NCBI GenBank assembly: GCA_964570735.1
Contig: CAZNAH010000002.1
Coordinates: forward strand, 9,994-50,030
Length of the DNA stretch: 40,037 nt
Direction: 5' to 3'
DNA from: an uncultured Hyphomicrobiaceae bacterium
GTDB lineage: Bacteria > Pseudomonadota > Alphaproteobacteria > Rhizobiales > Rhodomicrobiaceae
Shown here: piece after piece, positions 25,955 to 34,756 of the stretch
Layout: every line of letters begins with the position of its first letter
Numbering within the stretch: position 1 is the stretch's first letter
Position numbers and translations under genes: made by a program
The notes under the pieces: model-generated
The model's database searches: none
What the model saw: the letters and a program-made list of their open reading frames with translations, nothing else
Told to the model about the DNA's origin: nothing

Positions 25955-26449
25955 TTACGGTTTAGTATGTGGCTGACGCGCTTTTGTCGCGTCGGCGGTG
26001 GTGTTCGGGCAGGCACCGCATGAACGCGGTTCCCGAGCGGAATTGTCAGTATTTTGCATGTGCCAGCCCAGAGTATCAATGCGGGCGACAAGATCAGACG
26101 CCATGGGCGAAGCAGGCACGAGTTCGTTCCAAGCCTGATGAAAACAGGCGATCCATCCTGCAATTTCTTCTTTCCCTATCGGGGCCGCCAAGTGACGTTG
26201 CCTCAATCGGGGATGGCCATGCTTTTGACGATAGAGTTGAGGGCCACCAAGCCAGCCTGACATGAATTGGAAGAGCTTCTCTTCTGCGCGCACCAACGAG
26301 GGTGGATGAATGTCGCGACAAGCCCTGGCTTCAGGCAACTCGTCCATGAGCTCATAAAAGCGGTGGCAAATAGCGCGAACAGCATCCTCTCCACCGACGC
26401 AGTTGTACGGCGATGCGTCAATGGGTTCGGATGTTGAGGTTCTTGGCAT
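25955..26449 (-). CDS. glbO: Group II truncated haemoglobin (GlbO/YjbI-like)
   Basis: YNCVGGEDAVRAICHRFYELMDE, EKLFQFMSGWLGGPQLYRQKHGHPRLRQRH and IGKEEIAGWIACF match the trHbO pattern. The RBS GGAGGA lies 7 nt upstream of the ATG at 26449. Confidence 0.8.
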   Translation of the reverse strand: MPRTSTSEPIDASPYNCVGGEDAVRAICHRFYELMDELPEARACRDIHPPSLVRAEEKLFQFMSGWLGGPQLYRQKHGHPRLRQRHLAAPIGKEEIAGWIACFHQAWNELVPASPMASDLVARIDTLGWHMQNTDNSAREPRSCGACPNTTADATKARQPHTKP

Positions 26450-26639
26450 CAATCATTCCTCCTTGGTTATTTCGCATGGCCAGTGAATTGCCGACTGATG
26501 TCTCGGCCGTCCCAGCATTAGGGAGCGTTGACGAGTTCTCGGCACATGCTTCGATAGGTACAGAATGGCTTTCAGTGGCTGTCATGGACCAAGGCCGGAA
26601 GCACCGCTGGCTGAGCGCCGAGAGCGTACGTGACCGTTT

Positions 26640-27512
26640 TCAGGACGTGGCGCTGACCAGCCACACCTTGCAGCCCAGCATAACCCCTTCGCCTGGAATA
26701 TAGTGGTGAATGAACACCTGAACGAGATCATTGCGCGCGGCGGCCAGTACAGCTTCTCCATGCGCTGCGAGTGCACGTCCGGCGGCAAGCGAAGATAGCA
26801 CGAAGTCAGCAGCCTGTTCGGGGGTGGCAGCAGGGCCACCGACTGCCTGGCGGCCCAGATATGGCGCCAAATTGACCGAACGAAATCCGCTTTCAGTCAA
26901 CACCTCGCGCAAATATTCGGTATCTTCAAAAGCAAATGGGCCAGGTGTGCGCGGCACGGCAGGGGGCACCTCGATGTGCGAGCGCACCACCCCCATTACC
27001 TCCATCATCCACGGATTGTCGCGCGGCGGCCCCCACACAGCAAGATCCATTCGTGCATCCGGACGGAGCATGGTTCTGATGTTTGCAAAGGCGGCAACCG
27101 GGACGGCAAAGAACATCGCGCCGAACCGGGAGAACAGCCGGTCAAACGGCGCTTCATCGAGGCGGACTTTAGCGGCGTCGCCGCAAACAAACCGTACGTT
27201 CGCATGCGCCAATTCTTCGGCTCTCGAGCGGGCGGCGCCAACAAGGTCCGGCGATATGTCCAATCCAAGGACTTCGCCAGATGGGGCGACGAGGCGCGCA
27301 ATCTCCAGCGAGGTCGCCCCGCCGCCGCACCCCAGATCAAGAACGCGCTCCCCGGGCTTGAAACCAGCTTGGGCCATCAGGGCGCTGCCAATCGGCGCCA
27401 GCATGCCTTCGAATCGATCGAGATTGGCGAGCCACTTTGCTCCCATTTCTCCCGACCAATCCTCGACGTGCTGGGCTTCGGCAGGACGATTGGGTGCAGC
27501 ATCATGCATCAT
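26640..27512 (-). CDS. Class I SAM-dependent methyltransferase
   Basis: Motif I is RVLDLGCGGGATS, followed by DISPDLV, FVCGDA and FDRLFSRFG. The start MMHD at 27512 lies 11 nt after the arsR-like stop. Confidence 0.85.
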   Translation of the reverse strand: MMHDAAPNRPAEAQHVEDWSGEMGAKWLANLDRFEGMLAPIGSALMAQAGFKPGERVLDLGCGGGATSLEIARLVAPSGEVLGLDISPDLVGAARSRAEELAHANVRFVCGDAAKVRLDEAPFDRLFSRFGAMFFAVPVAAFANIRTMLRPDARMDLAVWGPPRDNPWMMEVMGVVRSHIEVPPAVPRTPGPFAFEDTEYLREVLTESGFRSVNLAPYLGRQAVGGPAATPEQAADFVLSSLAAGRALAAHGEAVLAAARNDLVQVFIHHYIPGEGVMLGCKVWLVSATS

Positions 27513-27522
27513 GAAAAGCCTT

Positions 27523-27855
27523 TCAGGACATCCGGGCAAAACTGGCCACGCCATGCGCGGTGCTAGGTGTTTGCGGAATTGATGGAGCGGGCATAAGTTG
27601 CGCCAGCACATCGAAGAGATTCCCGACTGGCTGGGAAGCGAGCCGGTAATAGACCAGCTTGGCGTCCTTACGGGTCTCAACCAGGCCTGCCCGGCGCAAA
27701 ACGGCGAGCTGCTGCGACAGCCCGGGCTGACTGATCCCCGTGACCTGCTCTATCTCACCAACGTTGCGCTCCCTTGCTGCCACAGCACAAAGAATTCGCC
27801 ACCGAAGCGAGTGGCCCAGCGCCTTGAACGTCTCAACCACATCATCTTCTGACAT
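27523..27855 (-). CDS. ArsR/SmtB-family winged-helix regulator with a single cysteine (BigR/SqrR-like position)
   Basis: LGHSLRWRILCAVAARERNVGEIEQVTGISQPGLSQQLAVLRRAGLVETRKDAKLVYYRL. The only Cys is in the RILC helix. The ATG at 27853-27855 overlaps the peroxiredoxin stop (TGATG). Confidence 0.85.
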   Translation of the reverse strand: MSEDDVVETFKALGHSLRWRILCAVAARERNVGEIEQVTGISQPGLSQQLAVLRRAGLVETRKDAKLVYYRLASQPVGNLFDVLAQLMPAPSIPQTPSTAHGVASFARMS

Positions 27856-28502
27856 CAAGCCGGCCTTTCAGGATAGCGCAGAAACCAGCTGGTGGGATTT
27901 TCAGCGGCAAAAACCTCGTCAAGACTATGGCTTGGCGGCGATATAAGTGCCTCCCCCGGCTTCCAGTTGGCAGGCACAAGCGCACCCTCGGCATCAATCG
28001 CCTGAAGCCCATCAAGAATACGCAGCATTTCAGGGACAGAACGGCCCAGATTGGCGGGGTAACAAGTCATCGCCCGGATCACGCCATTCGGGTCGATGAA
28101 AAACGTGGTTCGGACTGTGGCGCTGTCGCTGTCCTGCGATGATACCATCCCAAAAGCGCGGCCGATGACCAACGTCGGATCTTCGACGATGGGAAACCGC
28201 ACTTCGATATCGAACCGGTCTCGTATCATGCGAAGCCACGCAAAGTGCGAAAACAAGCTGTCGACCGAGAGCGCCATCAACGCACAGTCGCGCTGCTCGA
28301 AAGCAGCGGCCTCGCGCGCGAGAGCGATGAACTCGGTGGTGCAAACAGGCGTAAAGTCGGCAGGGTGCGAAAACAGGATCAGCCAGCGCTGACGATAGGC
28401 TGAAAGCCGGACCGGGCCGATTGTGCTACGCGCTTCGAAATCGGGTGCCTGGTCGCCGATCCTGAGACCGGCACAAGGTGGGTTGTCGCGAGGTTCGTTC
28501 AT
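27855..28502 (-). CDS. Peroxiredoxin, Prx6-like (1-Cys type), divergent paralogue
   Basis: FSHPADFTPVCTTEF is the peroxidatic-Cys motif, and there is a long C-terminal Prx6-type extension (ANWKPGEALISPP). 215 aa. Confidence 0.85.
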   Translation of the reverse strand: MNEPRDNPPCAGLRIGDQAPDFEARSTIGPVRLSAYRQRWLILFSHPADFTPVCTTEFIALAREAAAFEQRDCALMALSVDSLFSHFAWLRMIRDRFDIEVRFPIVEDPTLVIGRAFGMVSSQDSDSATVRTTFFIDPNGVIRAMTCYPANLGRSVPEMLRILDGLQAIDAEGALVPANWKPGEALISPPSHSLDEVFAAENPTSWFLRYPERPA

Positions 28503-28510
28503 TTCGCCCC

Positions 28511-28544
28511 TATATCACTTGACAGCAGCGATGCAAGACATATA
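28511..28544. promoter_or_regulatory. Imperfect palindrome in the divergent prx / MBL-hydrolase intergenic region (candidate ArsR-type operator)
   Basis: tatatcacttg-N12-caagacatata, with 9 of 11 positions complementary. It sits in the AT-rich 73-nt gap between the two divergent start codons. Confidence 0.3.
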
Positions 28545-28575
28545 CACGGTTTATGTAAATATTAGGAGATTTGCT

Positions 28576-29508
28576 GTGGCAAATGAAGATCAAGCACTCG
28601 CCAGCGCTGCGGCGCAGATTGAATGCGCGCTGGCGGAAAAAACGAAGCGGCCGACCATTGCCGGCTTTTTCGACGAGGCCACGAACACGGTCAGCTACGT
28701 GGTGCACGACCCCGAAACATCCGAGGCAGCTATTATCGATTCGGTGCTGGACTATGAGGCAGCGTCAGGCCGCACCTCGTACGGGTCTGCTGAGCGGGTC
28801 ATTGAATACGTTACTACAAATAATCTGAAAGTGACTTGGCTGATCGAAACCCATGCTCACGCCGATCACATCTCGGCCGCCCCCTATCTTCAGGAGAGGC
28901 TTGGCGGTAAGCTCGCCATCGGTAAGGACATCATCCGCGTGCAGGATGTGTTCGGCAAGCTCTTCAATGCGGGAACAGATTTCGAGCGCGACGGGTCGCA
29001 ATTTGATCATCTGTTTGTCGATGGAGAGAAGTTCTCGATTGGCTCTATCGAGGGGATCGCCTTGCATGTTCCGGGGCACACTCCGGCTGACATGGCGTTT
29101 ATCATCGGTGATGCCGCATTTGTCGGAGACACGATCTTCATGCCCGATTTCGGCACGGCGCGTGCCGATTTTCCTGGAGGAGATGCCCATCAACTCTTCC
29201 GGTCGATACGGCGACTGCTGTCGCTTCCGGACGGCACGCGCCTGTTCCTGTGTCACGACTACAAGGCGCCAGGACGTGACGAGTTTGCGTGGGAAACCAC
29301 CGTCGGCCAGCAACGCCGCGAAAACGTGCACGTGAAAGAGGGTGTCAGCGAGGACGAATTTGTCGCTATGCGCACCACGCGCGATGCCAAACTCGCCATG
29401 CCCAATTTGATCATGCCATCTGTGCAGGTCAATATCCGCGGCGGCCGCCTGCCTGAGCCCGAAGACAATGGCGTCAGCTACATTAAAATCCCGGTCAACG
29501 CGGTATGA
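28576..29508 (+). CDS. MBL-fold metallohydrolase of the Blh / persulfide dioxygenase type
   Basis: ETHAHADHISAAPYL (HxHxDH), HVPGHTPADMAF and LFLCHDY are present. A GTG start at 28576 lies 7 nt after AGGAG. The stop overlaps the next ATG (ATGA). Confidence 0.85.
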   Translation: MANEDQALASAAAQIECALAEKTKRPTIAGFFDEATNTVSYVVHDPETSEAAIIDSVLDYEAASGRTSYGSAERVIEYVTTNNLKVTWLIETHAHADHISAAPYLQERLGGKLAIGKDIIRVQDVFGKLFNAGTDFERDGSQFDHLFVDGEKFSIGSIEGIALHVPGHTPADMAFIIGDAAFVGDTIFMPDFGTARADFPGGDAHQLFRSIRRLLSLPDGTRLFLCHDYKAPGRDEFAWETTVGQQRRENVHVKEGVSEDEFVAMRTTRDAKLAMPNLIMPSVQVNIRGGRLPEPEDNGVSYIKIPVNAV

Positions 29509-29954
29509 TCTTTACCGAGACCGGACTGCCAGGCTTTCCTGATGCAGCGCCGCTCGCCGGGCTCGCGGGCGGCGTGCTCATAGGGCTGGCTGCCGCATTG
29601 ATGCTGATCGGGGCTGGCCGGATCGCAGGCGTTTCCGGGATTGCCGCGCGGGCCTTTGGCATAGGCAGCGGTTCCATGCCGCGCGCCGCGGCATGGGCGT
29701 TCGTCATCGGCCTGCCTTTGGGTGCGCTGATCGTCGGAAGCGTCACGCAAGCTCCGACCCCGGCTTTCGCCGGGCCGGTCACCCTAGCGATCGCCGGGCT
29801 GATCGTCGGGATCGGAACACGGCTCGGCAGTGGTTGCACCAGCGGGCACGGTGTCTGCGGGATGAGCCGCCTTTCACAGCGCTCACTGGTGGCGACAGCG
29901 ACCTTCATGACAACTGGGTTTGCGACCGTAGCGGCGATGAATGCCCTGCTCTGA
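29505..29954 (+). CDS. YeeE/YedE-family sulfur-transport membrane protein (half-size, first copy)
   Basis: GTRLGSGCTSGHGVCGMSRLS is the conserved Cys-containing motif. 149 aa with 4 predicted helices. Confidence 0.8.
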   Translation: MIFTETGLPGFPDAAPLAGLAGGVLIGLAAALMLIGAGRIAGVSGIAARAFGIGSGSMPRAAAWAFVIGLPLGALIVGSVTQAPTPAFAGPVTLAIAGLIVGIGTRLGSGCTSGHGVCGMSRLSQRSLVATATFMTTGFATVAAMNALL

Positions 29955-29967
29955 CAAGGATGAGACA

Positions 29968-30171
29968 ATGCAGAAAAATATGGGATCTTTCGACAAGATC
30001 GTGAGGATTGTGTTGGCGGTTATTGCCGTAGCGCTTGCTGCCACTGGCACTCTTGCCGGCACGGCAGCGATAGTCGCCTATGGCGCGGCAGCAATCATTG
30101 TCCTGACAAGCCTGGTGTCGTTCTGCCCGCTCTATCGCGTGCTAGGTTTGCGCTCATGCGCCAACTGCTAA
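29968..30171 (+). CDS. DUF2892 (YgaP C-terminal-like) small membrane protein
   Basis: 67 aa with two helices and the characteristic ...SLVSFCPLYRVLGLRSC ending. Confidence 0.75.
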   Translation: MQKNMGSFDKIVRIVLAVIAVALAATGTLAGTAAIVAYGAAAIIVLTSLVSFCPLYRVLGLRSCANC

Positions 30172-30572
30172 TCCCGCTTTCCGCAGGCGCCATTTTTGGA
30201 GCAGGTTTAAACATTGGCGGAATGACCGATCCGGCGCGCGTGCGCGGGTTTCTTGACTTGTTCGGAGCGTGGGATCCGACGTTGGCCTTTGTGATGGGCG
30301 GCGCTGTCCTCGTTATGGCTGTGGCTTGGCTCGTGCAAAGAAGGATGAAGAAGCCCCTGTTCGCCGATGGCTTTTCTCTTCCTGATCGAAAAGATCTCAC
30401 GCCGCGCCTGATCGGCGGATCCGCATTGTTCGGGGTCGGCTGGGGCATTGCTGGCCTGTGCCCGGGCCCAGCTTTTGCAGCGCTTGCGATCGCTCCGACA
30501 TCGGCTGCCATTTTTGTTGTAGCGCTGCTGGCCGGAATGATGGCCGTGCGTCTAATTGAAGGACAGGCATAA
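30156..30572 (+). CDS. YeeE/YedE-family sulfur-transport membrane protein (half-size, second copy)
   Basis: 138 aa with IFGAGLNIGGMTDPARVRGFLD and GVGWGIAGLCPGPAF motifs. It overlaps the DUF2892 stop and is coupled to the next gene by TAATG. Confidence 0.8.
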   Translation: MRQLLIPLSAGAIFGAGLNIGGMTDPARVRGFLDLFGAWDPTLAFVMGGAVLVMAVAWLVQRRMKKPLFADGFSLPDRKDLTPRLIGGSALFGVGWGIAGLCPGPAFAALAIAPTSAAIFVVALLAGMMAVRLIEGQA

Positions 30573-30991
30573 TGTATATCCACGATGTCACCTCTGATTT
30601 TGCCGTAGCACCACAGCTCCAGCCCAATGAATTGGCCGGATTGGCAAGGCATGGTTTTATGGCCGTGATATGCAACCGTCCTGACGGCGAGGAACCAGGC
30701 CAGCCCCCACTCGAAGAAATGCGCCGCGCTGCGCAAGATGCCGGGATTGCGTTTCACCATATCCCGGTGTCGGGCGGCGTTTTCCCGCCTGCTGCGATTG
30801 CTGCCTTTGCTGCTGTGCGCCGAGGTACCGAAGGCAAGGTGCTGGGCTACTGCAGAACCGGGACACGGTCGATCACGCTCGACGCGCTCGCCAACATTGA
30901 AGGCCTCGACAGAGACGCTCGCATCAGACGGGCCAAGGACGCAGGCTATGACTTGTCGGCCTTGGCGCCGCGATTGGAAAGCGGCGGATAA
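30572..30991 (+). CDS. DUF442 / TIGR01244-type (Blh N-terminal-like) sulfurtransferase/phosphatase-fold protein
   Basis: VAPQLQPNELAGLARHGFMAVICNRPDGEEPGQP...HIPV...GYCRTGTRS carries the Cys-X5-R(S/T)-like active-site loop of the DUF442 family. Confidence 0.8.
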   Translation: MYIHDVTSDFAVAPQLQPNELAGLARHGFMAVICNRPDGEEPGQPPLEEMRRAAQDAGIAFHHIPVSGGVFPPAAIAAFAAVRRGTEGKVLGYCRTGTRSITLDALANIEGLDRDARIRRAKDAGYDLSALAPRLESGG

Positions 30992-31015
30992 CGCCCGAAA
31001 ATTGGAGGGATCAGA

Positions 31016-32242
31016 ATGGCTAACGCATCACATAAGGTCGTCATAATTGGCGGCGGCGCCGGCGGGATCGCAACTGCAGCATCGATGCTCAAACGTCGCC
31101 CGGGGCTGGACATTGCGATTGTTGAACCGTCGGACACACACGCATATCAGCCTGGCTGGACGATGGTGGGCGGAGGTATCTTCGACGTTGCCAGCACCTT
31201 GCGTCCGATGGCGAGCGTCATGCCGAAGGGCGTGCGCTGGGTCAAACAGGCGGCTACAGGCTTACAGCCCGAGAGCAACCAGGTCACGCTCGCTGATGGC
31301 GACACGCTGACCTACGAAGTTCTGATTGTCGCGCCTGGCATCAGGTTGGCATGGGAAAAGATCTCCGGCCTTGAAAGCGCGCTCGGCAAGAACGGTGTCA
31401 CCTCAAACTATCGGCCAGACTTGGCACCTTACACTTGGGAACTGGTGCAGAGCGTCAAATCCGGACGGGCTATTTTCTCGCAGCCCCCGATGCCGATCAA
31501 ATGCGCCGGCGCGCCGCAGAAGGCCATGTATCTGGCCTGCGATTACTGGCGCCGCGCCGGATCGCTTGATGATATTGAGGTAGAGTTCCGCAATGCCGGC
31601 GCCGTCCTCTTCGGTGTTGCCGACTACGTGCCTGCGTTGATGGAATACGTTCAGAAATACGACATCGATCTCGAACTTGGCAGTAATCTCGTTGCGGTTG
31701 ATGGTCCCGCCCAGAAGGCAACCTTTGCCACACCCGATGGTGAACTGACCGTCGGCTTCGATATGCTCCATGTCGTTCCGCCGCAGGTCGCGCCCCAATT
31801 CCTTGCCGATAGCCCTCTCGCAGCGGCAAGCGGATTTACCGATGTCGATCAGCACACGCTCCAGCATGTTCGCTTTCCCAATGTGTTTGGGCTCGGTGAT
31901 GGCGGGTCAACACCTAACGCCAAGACGATGGCGGCCGCGCGCAAGCAGGCACCAGTGGTGGCGGTCAACGCGCTGCGGCAGCTGGATGGCAAAGGGCCGA
32001 CCGCAGGCTACGACGGTTACGGCTCGTGCCCGCTCACGGTCGAGCGCGGGAAGATCGTACTCGCCGAATTTGCCTATGGCGGCAAGCTTGCGCCCAGTTT
32101 CCCGAAATGGCTGATCGACGGGACGAAGCCGGCGCGTCTTTCCTGGATGCTCAAAGCGGACGCCCTCCCGTGGATTTACTGGAACGGGATGCTCAAGGGA
32201 CGCGAGTGGCTGGCCGGTCCTGGCGGCCTGATTGCACAATAG
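31016..32242 (+). CDS. sqr: Sulfide:quinone oxidoreductase, type II (SQRDL-like)
   Basis: The FAD motif is KVVIIGGGAGG. Redox Cys residues occur in PIKCAGAPQKAMY and YGSCPLTVERG. The sequence AYQPGWTMVGGG is typical of type II SQR. The RBS GGAGGG lies upstream. Confidence 0.85.
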   Translation: MANASHKVVIIGGGAGGIATAASMLKRRPGLDIAIVEPSDTHAYQPGWTMVGGGIFDVASTLRPMASVMPKGVRWVKQAATGLQPESNQVTLADGDTLTYEVLIVAPGIRLAWEKISGLESALGKNGVTSNYRPDLAPYTWELVQSVKSGRAIFSQPPMPIKCAGAPQKAMYLACDYWRRAGSLDDIEVEFRNAGAVLFGVADYVPALMEYVQKYDIDLELGSNLVAVDGPAQKATFATPDGELTVGFDMLHVVPPQVAPQFLADSPLAAASGFTDVDQHTLQHVRFPNVFGLGDGGSTPNAKTMAAARKQAPVVAVNALRQLDGKGPTAGYDGYGSCPLTVERGKIVLAEFAYGGKLAPSFPKWLIDGTKPARLSWMLKADALPWIYWNGMLKGREWLAGPGGLIAQ

Positions 32243-32252
32243 AGAACAACCA

Positions 32253-34010
32253 ATGCTGAAGCGGTACTTTCCGATCCTCGAGTGGGGTCGAACCTATAAT
32301 CGTGACGTCCTCACGAGTGACCTGATGGCGGCGGTGATCGTCACCATCATGCTGATCCCGCAAAGTCTCGCCTACGCGATGCTCGCCGGATTACCGCCCG
32401 TGGTGGGGCTTTACGCCTCGATCATGCCGCTGTTTGCTTATGCGCTGTTCGGCACAAGCCGGACACTGGCAGTGGGCCCCGTGGCTGTCGTCTCGCTGAT
32501 GACTGCGAGCGCGGCCGGGGCCGTGGCGGGACCCGGGACTGCGGAATATTGGGAGGCTGCCATTACCCTCGCCGCGCTGTCTGGCGTAATGCTGGTGGTG
32601 CTGGGGCTGCTCCGTCTCGGGTTTCTTGCCAACCTGCTGTCGCATCCGGTGATCAGCGGTTTCATCTCCGCCTCGGGCGTGCTCATCGCTACCAGCCAGT
32701 TGAAGCACATCCTCGGCATCAAGGCAGGCGGCGAAACCTGGCCCGAAATGCTGAGCGGGCTGGTCGGATCAATAAGCGACATCAACCTCGTGACGTTCGC
32801 CATCGGTGTCCCAGCCACCTTGTTCCTGTTCTGGGTACGGAAGGGCTTGAAGCCTGCATTGCAAAAATTCGGGATGGCGCCTCGCACCGCTGATATGACG
32901 GCGAAAGCCGGCCCGGTGGTTGCGGTCGCCGTTTCGATCCTCGCGGTTGTTGCTCTCGGCCTGGAAAGCAAAGGCGTCTCAATCGTCGGCGCCATTCCGC
33001 AAGGCCTTCCACCCTTTGCCTTGCCGTCCACCGATCTTACGCTGATCAGTGCATTGTGGGTGCCCGCCCTCCTGATTTCAGTCATCGGCTTTGTCGAGAG
33101 CGTCTCGGTTGCTCAGACACTCGCTGCCAAACGCCGTCAGCGGATTGCGCCGGACCAGGAACTGATCGGGCTCGGCGCATCGAACATCGCCTCGGCATTA
33201 TCGGGTGGCTATCCGGTGACGGGCGGTTTTGCCCGCTCCGTCGTCAATTTTGATGCAGGTGCGCAAACACCGGCGGCCGGGGCGTTCACTGCGGTCGGGA
33301 TTGCGCTGGCAAGCCTTTTCCTCACGCCGCTGCTGTTCAATCTCCCCAATGCAACGCTGGCAGCCACGATTATCGTTGCCGTGCTGAGTCTGGTCGATCT
33401 CAAGACCCCTGGACAATTGTGGACCTATTCCAAGGCCGATTTTGCAGCCCATTCTGCGACCATCGTAATGACACTCGTGGCCGGTGTTGAGCTTGGCGTC
33501 ATCGCCGGGGTCTTGGTCGGCTTGCTGCTCTATCTTTGGCGTGCAAGCCGGCCTCACGCAGCGATCGTAGGCCGCGTTCCGGGCACCGAACATTTCCGCA
33601 ATATCGACCGACACGAGGTCATCACTTTTCCTCATGTCCTCTCGATCCGGATTGATGAGAGCCTGACCTATCTCAACGCCCGCTGGCTGGAGGAATATAT
33701 GCTCGAACAGGTCGCCGAGCGGCCTGCCTTGCGCCACGTGGTGCTGATGGCGAGTGCGGTCAACGCGATCGATGCTTCTGGGCTGGAGAGTCTCGAAGCG
33801 ATCAACCATCGCCTTGCTGACGCCGGTATCGATTTACACCTGTCTGAGGTGAAGGGTCCGGTGATGGACGCGTTGCAGCGCACCCATTTCCTTGATGAGC
33901 TTTCAGGGCGTGTGTTCCTCTCACAAGACATGGCGATGGTCGAACTGGCCTGCGATAACGATGCAGATGGACACCCCTGCGATCCGCAAGCCGCTCGCGC
34001 GCTGAGCTAG
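32253..34010 (+). CDS. SulP-family anion transporter with C-terminal STAS domain
   Basis: DLMAAVIVTIMLIPQSLAYAMLAGLPPVVGLYAS is the SulP signature. The C-terminal STAS domain includes VVLMASAVNAIDASGLESLE. The ATG at 32253 is preferred to the ORF-track start, which overlaps sqr. Confidence 0.9.
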   Translation: MLKRYFPILEWGRTYNRDVLTSDLMAAVIVTIMLIPQSLAYAMLAGLPPVVGLYASIMPLFAYALFGTSRTLAVGPVAVVSLMTASAAGAVAGPGTAEYWEAAITLAALSGVMLVVLGLLRLGFLANLLSHPVISGFISASGVLIATSQLKHILGIKAGGETWPEMLSGLVGSISDINLVTFAIGVPATLFLFWVRKGLKPALQKFGMAPRTADMTAKAGPVVAVAVSILAVVALGLESKGVSIVGAIPQGLPPFALPSTDLTLISALWVPALLISVIGFVESVSVAQTLAAKRRQRIAPDQELIGLGASNIASALSGGYPVTGGFARSVVNFDAGAQTPAAGAFTAVGIALASLFLTPLLFNLPNATLAATIIVAVLSLVDLKTPGQLWTYSKADFAAHSATIVMTLVAGVELGVIAGVLVGLLLYLWRASRPHAAIVGRVPGTEHFRNIDRHEVITFPHVLSIRIDESLTYLNARWLEEYMLEQVAERPALRHVVLMASAVNAIDASGLESLEAINHRLADAGIDLHLSEVKGPVMDALQRTHFLDELSGRVFLSQDMAMVELACDNDADGHPCDPQAARALS

Positions 34011-34020
34011 GGCAAGCGCG

Positions 34021-34755
34021 TTGAGGTTCAGGGACCAAAAAGGCAGGCTTGCTGTCCTTGCAGGTCTCGGTCTCGCCGCTGCCCTGCCAAGCCCGGTGGA
34101 AGCTCAAAATGTGTCGGGCGTGCCCGGCCCGGTTATTCGCGGCGATGAACGCGGCGTAGAATTGCGGGCCGGGTTTGATCCGGAAGATGGCGCCTTCGCC
34201 CAGCGGTTGCAGATCTACCGGGCGATCGATGATGACACCGTAGCGCGAGCGCAGGTACAATGGCGCGACAGCAAAGGCACTCCGCCCGAAGCCGATTTCG
34301 TGCAATTGCAGATTTGGCACCAGTTAAGTCCGGATGGCCCGGACAATGGCTGGCAGACCGGGGTGCGCCTTGACCTGCGACTTGAGGCCGAGGGACCGCC
34401 TGGTCGCGTTGCGGTCAGCTGGCTCAACCAGGTCCGTCTGGACGAGAATCTTGAAGCGCGGCTGTTCCTTCAGGGCGCTGTGCAGGCAGGCCAGGAGGCT
34501 CAGCCAGGCATTCTTTTGCAGAGCCGGGCAAGCATCCGCAAATCGCTCGGCAAACTCAGCGTTAGTGTCGAGGAATTCAGCGAATTTGGATCGACCAGCA
34601 ATATTTATGCTTTGGCCGATCAATCACACCAAGCCGGCCCATTTGGGTCGCTGACGTTCGGCAATGGCTGGACTGTGCATGGAGGGGTTCTGTGGGGCCT
34701 TACCCGAAGCAGCGACGCCGCCAACATCCGACTGTGGATCAGTCGCACGTATTAG
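34021..34755 (+). CDS. Secreted hypothetical protein, possibly an outer-membrane beta-barrel, last gene of the sulfide operon
   Basis: A TTG start gives the signal peptide LAVLAGLGLAAALPSPVEA. Amphipathic strands alternate, and the C-terminus ends ...RLWISRTY (aromatic terminal residue). Confidence 0.45.
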   Translation: MRFRDQKGRLAVLAGLGLAAALPSPVEAQNVSGVPGPVIRGDERGVELRAGFDPEDGAFAQRLQIYRAIDDDTVARAQVQWRDSKGTPPEADFVQLQIWHQLSPDGPDNGWQTGVRLDLRLEAEGPPGRVAVSWLNQVRLDENLEARLFLQGAVQAGQEAQPGILLQSRASIRKSLGKLSVSVEEFSEFGSTSNIYALADQSHQAGPFGSLTFGNGWTVHGGVLWGLTRSSDAANIRLWISRTY

Positions 34756-34756
34756 C

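Noticed and set aside
25705-26163. N-terminal extension of the 308-aa minus-strand ORF (25237-26163)
   Set aside because: The extension overlaps the 3' end of the truncated haemoglobin gene in another frame and has no protein-like features. An internal Met followed by a clean signal peptide at 25704 gives a coherent 155-aa product.
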